A stretch of DNA of 64,000 nt from an uncultured candidatus Porisulfidus sp. (lineage in GTDB: Bacteria > Pseudomonadota > Gammaproteobacteria > Poriferisulfidales > Poriferisulfidaceae). Each line of letters starts with the position of its first letter. Within the stretch, counting starts at the first letter, position 1. The notes beneath the pieces are model-generated. The model was not told where the DNA came from, did no database searches, and saw only the letters and a list, made by a program, of their open reading frames with translations. Shown here piece by piece: positions 1 through 9,349 of this stretch. Made by a program: the position numbers and the translations under genes. Location of the stretch: assembly GCA_965199755.1 (NCBI GenBank), contig CBDASZ010000002.1, positions 341,681 through 405,680 on the forward strand, written 5' to 3'.

Positions 1-303
1 GGCGGCTCACTAATCCCGCGTGGCGGTCACAATGTGCTGGAGCCTGCCTCGCTCGGCAAAGCCTGCGTCATTGGCCCACATATTGAAAACTTCGCCGAGG
101 AAGCCCGCGGTCTGCTCGCGGCCGAAGGTCTAACCCAGGTCGAAGACGCTGGGGCACTCGGTACGGTGTTTCGCACGTGGCTGCAACAACCGGACGAGGC
201 CGGGCGTGTCGGCGCTGCCGCGGCCGCACATATCGCGACGCATCAGCACATCGTGCAGCACTATGTCAATGCCTTGCGGCACTACGGCGTATTGCCGGAA
301 TAA
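1..303 (+). CDS. waaA: 3-deoxy-D-manno-octulosonic acid (Kdo) transferase, C-terminal part (5' end outside window)
   Basis: Frame 1 from base 1 reads GGSLIPRGGHNVLEPASLGKACVIGPHIENF, the characteristic WaaA GGS-GGHN-EP-GP-NF motif; adjacent to kdkA. Confidence 0.92.
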   Translation, partial: GGSLIPRGGHNVLEPASLGKACVIGPHIENFAEEARGLLAAEGLTQVEDAGALGTVFRTWLQQPDEAGRVGAAAAAHIATHQHIVQHYVNALRHYGVLPE

Positions 304-1001
304 CCCTCGCACAGCGCTGCGAAATCAGCGTCAGCGTAGTGAAAGTTTGGCTGGCGCTGCTGTTCCTTTAGACACGAACGGCGCAACCGCGACAGGTTGG
401 CGCGCTTCCAGAAATTGCCGCGACGACGACAGCTGCGATCAAAATCAATCACATGAAACCCATCCGACTCGCGCCACAGAATATTGCCCAGATTGAGATC
501 AGCATGCCAGACGCGCAGATCGTGCATTCGCCGCAACACCCCCCCTAACCGTCGCCAGTCTTCTGCGGACAACGCCCGCTGGGTGAGAAGCTGCACCAGT
601 GAGACCGCTTTAACGATGCGCGTACTGATCAGATCGGCACGATACATGCCGCCTGCACGCTGTATCCGCCAAGCCACCGGTGTGGCGGTGGGAAAACCCT
701 GCTCAAGCAGGAATTGCAGAATCGCCGCTTCGCGCACCGGGCGAGTGCGTGCCGCCCCACTGTACAGATAGCGATCCTCCCATAACAGCGCTATCTTGCC
801 ACCGCGACGGTAATGCCGCAAGGCGTAACCTTCCCCTTCATAGTGGAACAACCACACCGTGCCCCGACCGCTACCGAAACTGTCAAGCATCCCCTGCACA
901 CTCAACTGGTGCGGGTCAAACAGATCTTCCGGGACCTGCCCGAATCGCGCGGCGTCGTACACAATGACGCCGCCGTCGGTGATGGTCTGTTGCTGTTGCA
1001 T
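282..1001 (-). CDS. kdkA: Kdo kinase
   Basis: GSGRGTVW, LRHYRRGG, YRADL, HADLNLGNIL, IDFDR and NLSRLRRS motifs of KdkA. Confidence 0.93.
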   Translation of the reverse strand: MQQQQTITDGGVIVYDAARFGQVPEDLFDPHQLSVQGMLDSFGSGRGTVWLFHYEGEGYALRHYRRGGKIALLWEDRYLYSGAARTRPVREAAILQFLLEQGFPTATPVAWRIQRAGGMYRADLISTRIVKAVSLVQLLTQRALSAEDWRRLGGVLRRMHDLRVWHADLNLGNILWRESDGFHVIDFDRSCRRRGNFWKRANLSRLRRSCLKEQQRQPNFHYADADFAALCEGYSGNTP

Positions 1002-1117
1002 GGAAATGTATTATGACGGGATAAGGTTATTTTCATACGGGATGCCAGACTGCCGAAGGCCGCCACGAGCCGTGCTTTGGATGGCTACCTGTATAATCCG
1101 AGACGCTCTGACCAGCA

Positions 1118-1555
1118 TTGACAGCGGAGCCGAAATTGCGCCACTTGACTATAAGCATTGACCCTGTGGAAGCGACAGGGATCGCCGATGCCATTGGTGT
1201 ATTGAATGGCCGATTTCCTGCGGACGATTTGCATGTCGCCGTCAATAAAAAGTCACTCAAAATCTCCTTGCGGCAAGTCGACCTCAACGAGCTCAAAGCC
1301 ACGATAGATCGGATTGCACATGAACATGGGCACGCAAAAAACCACGCCTACACCAAGCAAACCAACCCCATGCCTGATGAGTTTCTGAACATCCTGTGCG
1401 GGGACAGCGAGCAGGTTCTGGCGAAGTTGTCGGACAACTGCGGCAATCTGGTGTTCACCTCGCCCCCGTACGATTTTGGCCTAGACTACGACAATCAGGA
1501 CACCGATGAGGATGCCACGGATTGGGACGCTTATTTTGAGGACTTATATACTTAA
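1118..1555 (+). pseudogene. N4-cytosine/N6 DNA methyltransferase, N-terminal fragment truncated at the IS1595 left boundary
   Basis: ILCGDSEQVL...LVFTSPPY (catalytic motif IV of beta-class MTases). The ORF stops ~35 bp before the transposase and no SAM-binding FxGxG half follows. Confidence 0.75.
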
Positions 1556-1588
1556 ATCCGCATACTACCACTTACGTAGGCTAGTACT

Positions 1589-2507
1589 ATGGAGAGAAAA
1601 GCAACTACCATCAGCATTATGGAACTGATGCAAATGTTCTCTACCGAGCGCAAGGCAGTTGAATGGCTGGAAAAGATTCGGTGGGACGGAACGCCAACCT
1701 GCACCCATTGCGGATGTTGTGAAGGCATTAGCGAAACAAAATCCAAGAAATTCACTTACTGGTGCAAAACCTGTCGCAAGCACTTCACAGTCAAGACTGG
1801 AACGGTTATGCACAATTCCAATATTAATTCGCGCAAGTGGGTCATTACTCTCTACTATGTGCTGACTGCTCTCAAAGGCATTTCTAGCCTGCAACTCTCA
1901 AAGGAACTAGGTATTACGCAGAAGTCAGCATGGTTTTTACTCCAACGGGTCAGAGAAGCCTGCAACAGTCGAGATTTCGTCCTCTCCGATGTAGTAGAAG
2001 TTGACGAGACTTATATTGGAGGCAAGGAACGCAATAAGCACGCTCACAAGAAACTCCGTGCAGGTAGGGGAGCCCTAGGTAAGCAGGCAGCTATGGGTCT
2101 GCGAGAACGCGGCGGATATGTCAAGGCGTATCCAGTTGTTACAACAGAGCGGGTAAGCGGTGGTCAATCATGTTGAACATGGCTCACAGGTTTATACAGA
2201 TGACCATAAAGGCTACGCACATTTAGGTTGCCTTATGTATGACCACGAGAGCGTGAAGCATTCAGCAAAGGAGTATGTCAATGGCATAGCACACACTAAC
2301 GGGATTGAGTCAGTCTGGGCTGTTCTGAAGAGAGGATTCAATGGGGTTTATCACAACTGGAGCAGGAAGCATTGCCATCGGTATGTGAATGAGTTTGCGT
2401 TCCGCTTGAATGAGGGGAATTGTGCAAGAGATACGATTGACCACATGGAGTCTCTGGCCTTCAATATCGGAGGCAAGCGTCTCCGATACAAAGACCTTAT
2501 TGCGTAG
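1589..2507 (+). mobile_element. IS1595-family (ISXO2-like) DDE transposase, frameshifted near 2150-2176
   Basis: N-terminal Zn ribbon CTHCG..YWCKTC, KGISSLQLSKELGITQKSAWFLLQRVR, VEVDETYIGG, VYTDDH, HTNGIES, YVNEFAFRLN. Split over ORFs 1589-2176 and 2160-2507. Element ends not confidently defined. Confidence 0.9.
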
Positions 2508-2515
2508 AGGCGGAT

Positions 2516-2956
2516 ATGGCTATTCCGAACTGGCGTAACAAGACGATCTACACTGGAGACAATTTATATGTCATGCGGGGCATGAACTCCGAGACTGTTG
2601 ACCTCATTTATCTTGACCCTCCATTCAATTCAAACAAGGCATATTCAGCTCCTATTGGAAGCAAGGCGGCTGGAGCTGCATTTAAAGATACTTGGACTTT
2701 GCAGGATGTTGACTTGATAGAGCATTGCAGACTACGTAAGGAGTATGGGACTGGACTATACAAGATAATTGACACGGCCAGACATGTACACTCAAAAGGC
2801 ATGTTTTCGTACCTGACAATGATGGCATCTCGTCTTGTAGAGATGAAGCGAATATTGAAGCCTACAGGGAGCATTTACTTGCACTGCGACCCGACAGCAA
2901 GCCATTATCTGAAACTGCTAATGGACGCTATCTTTGGTCAAAATATGATTAGAAAT
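2516..2956 (+). pseudogene. N6-adenine DNA methyltransferase-HNH gene, 5' part
   Basis: TIYTGDNLYVMRGMNSETVDLIYLDPPFNS, RILKPTGSIYLHCDPTASHYLKLLMDAIFG. Homology stops abruptly at MIRN (2956). Confidence 0.85.
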
Positions 2957-3948
2957 AGTCTTTTGCATGATAGCCACAAATTCTTCTTGGCTCTTTGCCC
3001 CCTTCTTTCTGTTGCAGTTTCCGCATAGCAACTGGAAATTATCCTTATGGTCTGTCCCTCCATATTTCTTCGGCGTAATGTGATCCATCTCAAAGTCCTC
3101 TAGCCTGTTAAATTGCGTCCCGCAACCATTGCACATCTGGTCCTGCAATGCAAACAAAGCGCCTTTATGAGCCTTCTTCTCAATGGGGGATAGTTCAGGC
3201 CCCATATCAGTTCGTAGAGGCTTATCTGTGCTTGAGATAATTTCCTTAAACAGACCCTGGTCTTCTCTAATCCGGTCTGTCAGAAGTTCCACCGCCTTCG
3301 GGCTAACATCAATGCCTACCCATTGCCTTTGTAACTTGTCTGCTATGACTAGAGCTGTAGCACATACGCAGAAGGGGTCAAACACGACATCCCGCCGGCT
3401 ACTAGATGCTTTTATGATGCGTTCAAGCAAGGCTATGGGCTTTTGCGTTGGGTAGCCGGTATCTTCCTTCCCGGCTACGAAAGGGATGTCTATCCAGTTA
3501 TCATCTATTTGTGTCCCTTTTGCGTAACTAGCATAGTGCTTTATTTGGGGGAATCCTGTCATGCACAGGAGCTCGTTGGCTTCCATCCAGTCCAGCCTTT
3601 CGTGCGCGTTATATTCATGACAATCATGAGGGAGTGCAAGGTCGCTCGGCAAATTCTTTACGGATGCGGCCCAGATGCCTTCCTGAAGGGGGAAGTGCCC
3701 ACGCCAATCCTGTCCGGAGAGGGTTTCTCGTTTTCCTGGAGCGTGCGCTGGAACGAGTTTATATTTGCCACGCCAATAACAGGCTCTTTTTTGAATTGTC
3801 GCATCTGTTTCTTCGGTAGTATCTGCATATTCTGGGGATATTCCGCTTGCATAATGCAGGATTGTGTCAACAGATTCGAAGGGGGCAATTTGCGCAAGAC
3901 TGAATTTGTGGCGATTAGTTCGCATGCACACAAGACTCATTTCTAATC
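2947..3948. repeat. 10-bp inverted repeat pair GATTAGAAAT (2947-2956) / ATTTCTAATC (3939-3948) bounding a ~1 kb inversion
   Basis: Exact reverse complements located at the two points where MTase homology switches strand. Confidence 0.85.
2957..3940 (-). pseudogene. N6-adenine DNA methyltransferase-HNH gene, inverted 3' part (TRD, motif I, HNH endonuclease)
   Basis: DTILHYA, NWIDIP, GYPTQKPIALLERIIKASS, FDPFCVCATA (motif I with G>V), then CNGC..DHITPKKYGGTDHKDNFQLLCGNCNRKKG (HNH). Confidence 0.85.
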
Positions 3949-3982
3949 GGACTATAGAGCAGTCATAATATACTGGCCTAAC

Positions 3983-4318
3983 TTGGAGGTATTTGGAATG
4001 ACTACTTTGAGGGATTTAGAGGATGCGGTGCGTCAAGTGCTGTTACAACTCGAAAGCATGCTGGGTGGCGATTATTCACAGCCGCTTGCTGACATCAACT
4101 ACGGCAGCAAAAGTAGCCACACACTGATATCTCACTTCCCGGAAATTGATCTCAACATCTTCACCATGCTCTCGGGAGACCGCAAGGTGCGCGTGCCTAT
4201 TCACGAACCTGAATACTATAAAGAACTGAACCCGGCCGCCTTGACTCGATCATTCAAAAACTTGGAATGCTGCTGGAGCCTTTTGTCGAGAAACCCTCCG
4301 GGCAATCTCGATCACTGA
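3983..4318 (+). CDS. hypothetical protein, probably a gene remnant
   Basis: 111-aa ORF in a lower-GC segment with no recognised motif. Confidence 0.3.
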   Translation: MEVFGMTTLRDLEDAVRQVLLQLESMLGGDYSQPLADINYGSKSSHTLISHFPEIDLNIFTMLSGDRKVRVPIHEPEYYKELNPAALTRSFKNLECCWSLLSRNPPGNLDH

Positions 4319-4396
4319 ATTGATGCTCAGCGAACTTCAGAGCAACAAATTCTTCTCACAATAGAATACACATCACCTCACTCAGGACGAACACCC

Positions 4397-6310
4397 ATGA
4401 CAGAACGAGCGCAACTGGAAGAACGGGAAAGCAACTGCGCCACGGTAGCGGATTTCGCGGCACTGATCACTGACGCCCTCGAAGATCCGGCAGATAAAGA
4501 ATACGCTGAAGAACTTGCTGGCCGTGCCGAAGGATTGTGCGTGGAAGTCGAGGATACCGTCGCCTATGCCGGCATTTTGAAGGCGCTGGATAAAGACGCC
4601 AGCGACATCCGCAGCGCTTTGGAAGAAGCCGAAATGGATTGCCAATTCACCAAACAATTCGTGGCGCTGGCGCGCGGTTTCAGGGATTATTGCGGCGACG
4701 AAGACAGGATGCGCGAACTGATGGATCAAGCGGAAGAGTTCTGCATGACTGATGAGGAGCAGATCGATCTCGGCGACGGCTTCCAGATCCTGCTCGGTGA
4801 TTCCGCCCGCGCTGCTGAGTGCTACGAAAAGGGTCTGGCGGGCGTGCAAGATCGCGAAGCGCTGCTTGCACTGGCGGAGAAATTCGCCGGTCCGCTCGAC
4901 AACCCGGAACTGGCACGCACGGTATACGCCCGCGCCGAGGAGAAATCCACCTCCGGCAACGATCTGCGCAAACTGGCCCAGTCGATGCGCGAACATTTAC
5001 GCGACGATGAAGCGGTCGGTGCGGTCTACCAGCGCGCCTCCGAGCGCCTGACGGCAGTCAATGACCTGATTAATCTGGCCGCGGACAGTCTGGAACTTGG
5101 ACTGAAAGATCTGGCCGAGCAACTCTACCGCAAGGTGCTGGGCGAAGCCTCGGACTACGCCCAGGTCCTCAAACTGGTCGCGCCGCTGCAAGAGATGGGC
5201 GACGCGCAGGAACTAATCGGCACGGTTCTGGAGCGCGCCGGAGAACTGGCCGAGGACAGCACGCAGGTGCTGGACGTGGCTGTTTTGGCGCATGAAGCTG
5301 ATCCGCAAGCACCGAGAGTGCGCCAGCTGCTGGCCCGCGCCGAAGAAATGGTCACCAGTCTGGGCGAACTCACCGCCGTCAGTGAACGTGTCGCGGCGCT
5401 GGCCGGAGACGATGCCGAATGGAGGGGGCGACTGGACGAGAAAATGGAAAAGCGCCAAGCCAATCAGGCGCGCTACAACGCCTTTCAGGATCAGGAGCAA
5501 AAGGCCGACACGCCACTGCAATTCATGCAACTGGCCACGCAGGTCATGGAAGAGCTGGAAGACGCCTTTTATGCGCGCAAACTGCTCGACACCGCGCGGC
5601 AGATGCTGGAATCCTCACCCGGCGACACCAATTTGCATTGTCTGCTGGCGCGTACCATGGATACCTTGCTGGAAGACGCCGACTCCTGTCATGCAATCCT
5701 GCAGCAGGCGGCCGATGCGGCCGAGAGTTTCTCCAGCCTGCGGCTGCTGGCGCAAGCCGCCTGCAACGAACTGCGCGATCAGGACGCCGGACAACAGCGC
5801 GCGCGGAGCTGGTATCAATCCTGGCAATCTCGCCTTGACGGCAGCGACGCTTACGCCAGCTTGCGTCTGGCGCGAGCGGTGTGGACGGACCTGAATGATG
5901 CCGAGTTCGCCCTGAAGGTCACTGACAGCATCGCCGCGGATGCACGTGATGCCATGATCCTCGCACAGATGGGCTTGCTGGCGCAAGAGGCCGGCAATGC
6001 GACACGCGCGGAGGAACTGTTCCGCGAAGCGCTTCAGGATGCCGGCAGCGAAACCGCCATCAGCGTCATGCGGCTGCTGTGTGATGCGCGTGTGGATACC
6101 ACACTGTTGCGGAGCTTGTATGAAAGTGCCGCGCCTGAGGAAGCAGCGCAGCGCTTGCGCTGGACCGAGGGGATTTTGGAAGTCTTCGGCGATCGCGAAT
6201 GGGGCGAACGCATGTATGCGGAGATGACGGATGCGGCCAGTGATCCGGCGCTCGCCGCGCGTCTGGCACTCAGCCGTGATTCACGTCTCGGCCGACTGCT
6301 GATCCGCTGA
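4397..6310 (+). CDS. TPR-like alpha-helical repeat protein (34-aa period)
   Basis: Repeated pattern A..LY.RAEE..T...DL..LA......L.D. Cys residues at 14, 48, 82 and 116 are exactly 34 aa apart. Acidic, host-like codon usage, AGGA RBS upstream. Confidence 0.8.
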   Translation: MTERAQLEERESNCATVADFAALITDALEDPADKEYAEELAGRAEGLCVEVEDTVAYAGILKALDKDASDIRSALEEAEMDCQFTKQFVALARGFRDYCGDEDRMRELMDQAEEFCMTDEEQIDLGDGFQILLGDSARAAECYEKGLAGVQDREALLALAEKFAGPLDNPELARTVYARAEEKSTSGNDLRKLAQSMREHLRDDEAVGAVYQRASERLTAVNDLINLAADSLELGLKDLAEQLYRKVLGEASDYAQVLKLVAPLQEMGDAQELIGTVLERAGELAEDSTQVLDVAVLAHEADPQAPRVRQLLARAEEMVTSLGELTAVSERVAALAGDDAEWRGRLDEKMEKRQANQARYNAFQDQEQKADTPLQFMQLATQVMEELEDAFYARKLLDTARQMLESSPGDTNLHCLLARTMDTLLEDADSCHAILQQAADAAESFSSLRLLAQAACNELRDQDAGQQRARSWYQSWQSRLDGSDAYASLRLARAVWTDLNDAEFALKVTDSIAADARDAMILAQMGLLAQEAGNATRAEELFREALQDAGSETAISVMRLLCDARVDTTLLRSLYESAAPEEAAQRLRWTEGILEVFGDREWGERMYAEMTDAASDPALAARLALSRDSRLGRLLIR

Positions 6311-8197
6311 TTCCGCAAGCAATTCGTTCATCCGGCTGACGAAGGCGGCCGGGTCCTCCAGCATCACCCCTTCGGTCAGGGAGGCCTGATCGAACAGCCA
6401 CCGCGCCCATACCTCAAAGCGCGCTTCATCCTGCTGCATGCGCGCAAGCAAGGCATGCTCAAGATTGACCTCCAGCGTCACTTTCGCAGCCGGAACATCC
6501 TGACCCTGACGCCGCAAAATGTCTTCCATAAACGGCGACAAACCCTGATCACTGCGCACCAGACAACTCGGAGAATCGGTCAACCGCGTCGACGGGCGCA
6601 CCGTCTCCACGCTCTCGCCCAGCACCTCCTTGATGCGCGCGCACAGCGCGTCTTCTTCTGTCTGCGGCGCGTCGGCCTCCTCAGAATCCTCGCTCTTCTC
6701 CGCATCGTCGGCAGGCTTGGGCGCATCACCCGGCAGACGCAGTTCACCGCGGGCGATTGACTGAAACTCCGTGCCGTCATATTCGTGCGCCCAGTTCATC
6801 ACCCATTCGTCCACCGGATCAACCAGTAGCAGCACTTCAATGCCGCGCTCGCGGAAGATCTCCAGATGCGGACTGCTGCTCGCGGTCGCCAGATTCTCGG
6901 CCGTTAGATAGTAGATCTGATCCTGTCCCTCCACCATCCGGCTGCGGTACTCCTCCAGTGACACGCTTGGCGTTTGCGAATCGTGAGTCGAGCGAAAGCG
7001 CGACAATTTCAGGAGGCGCTCACGGTTACCGCCATCCTCCACCACACCTTCTTTCAGAACCGGGCCGAACATGTCCCAGAACTTCTCGTATTTCTCACCA
7101 GCCTCATCGGCCAGTTTCTCCAGCATGTCAAGCACCCGCCTGACCGCAGTGCTGCGAACCGTGTCCAGCAACCGGTTGTCCTGCAATAACTCACGCGAAA
7201 CATTCAAGGGCAGATCATCAGAGTCAATAACCCCGCGCACAAAACGCAAATAGCGCGGCATCAAAGTCTCCGGGTCATCCAGAATGAAGACCCGCCGCAC
7301 GTACAGCCGCACTCCATGGCTTGGATTCGGATCGGAGAGATCATACGGCACCGTGCCAGGCACATACAACAGCAGACTGTATTCGTGCCGGCCTTCCACC
7401 CGATGGTGCGTCCAGACCAGCGGATCGGAAGGATCGTGCGCCACGTGCTTGTAGAAGCCGATGTAGTCCTCGTCGCTGATCTCCTTCTTCGACCGCGTCC
7501 ACAAGGCGCTGGCCTGGTTGATCACCTCCCAGTCCTTCTCCGGCGCGCCCTCTTCACCCACCGAATGCAACCGAATCGGAAACGCTGTATGGTCTGAATA
7601 CTGCTGTACCAGAGTGCGCAGCCGATGTTCGTCCAAAAACTCGGATTCCTCATCCTTTAGATGCAGCGTCACCGACACTCCGCGCGGCGCGTCCGCGACT
7701 GAAGAGAGTTCGTAACCGCTGGTGCCATCTGATTCCCAGCACGTGCCTTGCTTGCCGCCGGCTCGGCGCGCCGTCAGCGTCACTCGATCGGCGACGATAA
7801 AGGCCGAGTAAAAGCCCACCCCGAATTGTCCGATCTGATTCAGATCGGCCGCCTTCTTGTCGTTCAAGGATTCCAGAAAAGCACGGGTGCCGGAGCGCGC
7901 GATGGTGCCAATATTGTCGACCACCTCCTTGCGGCTCATGCCAATGCCGTTATCGCGCAAGGTCAGCGTCCGCTCGCGGTCATTCACTTCCAGGTGGATG
8001 GCCAAGTCGCTGTCGCCCTCGTACAGTGTATCGTCCGTCAGCGCCTCAAACCGCAACCGATCCAGCGCATCGGATGCGTTGGAGATAAGTTCGCGCAGGA
8101 AGATTTCCTTGTTGGAATACAAGGAGTGCGTCACCAGATGCAGTAACTGGCCGACCTCCGCCTCGAAGGTGTGGTGCTGGCTTTGGGGGGTGCTCAT
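6281..8197 (-). CDS. htpG: molecular chaperone HtpG (Hsp90)
   Basis: SLYSNKEIFLRELISNASDA, DNGIGM, IGQFGVGFYSAF, LPLNVSRE. Confidence 0.98.
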   Translation of the reverse strand: MSTPQSQHHTFEAEVGQLLHLVTHSLYSNKEIFLRELISNASDALDRLRFEALTDDTLYEGDSDLAIHLEVNDRERTLTLRDNGIGMSRKEVVDNIGTIARSGTRAFLESLNDKKAADLNQIGQFGVGFYSAFIVADRVTLTARRAGGKQGTCWESDGTSGYELSSVADAPRGVSVTLHLKDEESEFLDEHRLRTLVQQYSDHTAFPIRLHSVGEEGAPEKDWEVINQASALWTRSKKEISDEDYIGFYKHVAHDPSDPLVWTHHRVEGRHEYSLLLYVPGTVPYDLSDPNPSHGVRLYVRRVFILDDPETLMPRYLRFVRGVIDSDDLPLNVSRELLQDNRLLDTVRSTAVRRVLDMLEKLADEAGEKYEKFWDMFGPVLKEGVVEDGGNRERLLKLSRFRSTHDSQTPSVSLEEYRSRMVEGQDQIYYLTAENLATASSSPHLEIFRERGIEVLLLVDPVDEWVMNWAHEYDGTEFQSIARGELRLPGDAPKPADDAEKSEDSEEADAPQTEEDALCARIKEVLGESVETVRPSTRLTDSPSCLVRSDQGLSPFMEDILRRQGQDVPAAKVTLEVNLEHALLARMQQDEARFEVWARWLFDQASLTEGVMLEDPAAFVSRMNELLAESADQQSAET

Positions 8198-8231
8198 GCC
8201 TGAAGTGCTCCGCTCAAGATGTCTCTTTGTT

Positions 8232-8260
8232 TAATGAGGGAGAAAATCTGAATTTTCAAC
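8232..8260 (-). promoter_or_regulatory. putative sigma32 (RpoH) promoter of htpG
   Basis: Minus strand GTTGAAA-N14-CCTCATTA versus consensus CTTGAAA-N13-17-CCCCATNT, just upstream of htpG. A divergent TATAAT at 8267-8272 faces nadA. Confidence 0.6.
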
Positions 8261-8298
8261 ACCCCCTATAATGGAAAGACCAAGATTTATGACACGGT

Positions 8299-9342
8299 AT
8301 GCCTTCTCCACACGCGAGCGCCCATTCTTTCTCATATCCTGAGACCCATGTGATTGAAGCGTCACTGGGCAGCTACACGGAGTCCGAACGCGCCGAACTG
8401 ATGGCGCGCGCACAAGAATTGCTGACCCGCGAAGACGCGGTGCTGGTGGCGCATTACTACACCCACCCTGATCTGCAGGAACTGGCGGACAGTAGCGGCG
8501 GCACGGTCGCGGATTCGCTGGAAATGGCGCGCTTCGGCAAGCATGCCGACGCCAGCACGCTGGTGGTCGCCGGCGTGCGTTTCATGGGCGAGACGGCCAA
8601 GATTCTCAGCCCGGAGAAACGCGTCCTGATGCCCACGCTGGAGGCTGAGTGCTCTCTGGACCTGGGTTGTCCGGTAGACGCTTTCACCGAGTTCTGTGAC
8701 GCCCACCCTGATCGGGAAGTAGTGGTCTACGCCAACACCAGCGCGGCGGTCAAGGCGCGTGCGGACTGGGTAGTCACCTCCAGTTGCGCGGTGCGCATTA
8801 TCGCGCATCTGATGGATGAGGATCGGAAGATTTTATGGGCCCCCGACCGCCACCTCGGACACTACCTGCAGCGCGTCACCGGCGTCGACATGATCCGCTG
8901 GGAGGGCCATTGCATCGTGCATGACGAATTCAAGTCCCGCGCGCTCGGCGATATGGTCGAGCAAAATCCGCACGCGGCCGTGCTGGTGCACCCGGAATCC
9001 CCCGAAGAAGTCATCGCTCTGGCCGATGTGGTCGGTTCGACCACACAGTTAATTAAAGCCTGTCAGGAAATGTCACAAACCACCTTCATTGTCGCCACCG
9101 ATCGGCGCATCTTCTACAAGATGCAGCAGGCCGCACCAGACAAGGAGTTTCTGGAAGCCCCGACCCACGGTGAAGGCGCGACCTGCAAGAGTTGCGCGCA
9201 TTGCCCGTGGATGGCGATGAACGATCTGCACAAACTGATTGCCGTGCTGGAAGACGGCAGCAACGAAATCGAAGTGGAAGAAAACATCCGCCAGCGCGCC
9301 CTGCACTCAACCCGGCGCATGCTGGACTTCACCACGCACTAA
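8299..9342 (+). CDS. nadA: quinolinate synthase
   Basis: [53 protein letters not shown]. Confidence 0.97.
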   Translation: MPSPHASAHSFSYPETHVIEASLGSYTESERAELMARAQELLTREDAVLVAHYYTHPDLQELADSSGGTVADSLEMARFGKHADASTLVVAGVRFMGETAKILSPEKRVLMPTLEAECSLDLGCPVDAFTEFCDAHPDREVVVYANTSAAVKARADWVVTSSCAVRIIAHLMDEDRKILWAPDRHLGHYLQRVTGVDMIRWEGHCIVHDEFKSRALGDMVEQNPHAAVLVHPESPEEVIALADVVGSTTQLIKACQEMSQTTFIVATDRRIFYKMQQAAPDKEFLEAPTHGEGATCKSCAHCPWMAMNDLHKLIAVLEDGSNEIEVEENIRQRALHSTRRMLDFTTH

Positions 9343-9349
9343 TCCTCAT

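Noticed and set aside
4000-4025. Possible right inverted repeat of the IS1595 element (GGATTTA matching TAAATCC near 1553-1559)
   Set aside because: Only 7 bp match, with no extension and no target-site duplication found.
4397-8197. TPR-like protein as a Hop/Sti1-like co-chaperone of HtpG
   Set aside because: The genes are convergent rather than operonic, and HtpG lacks an EEVD tail; adjacency alone is insufficient.
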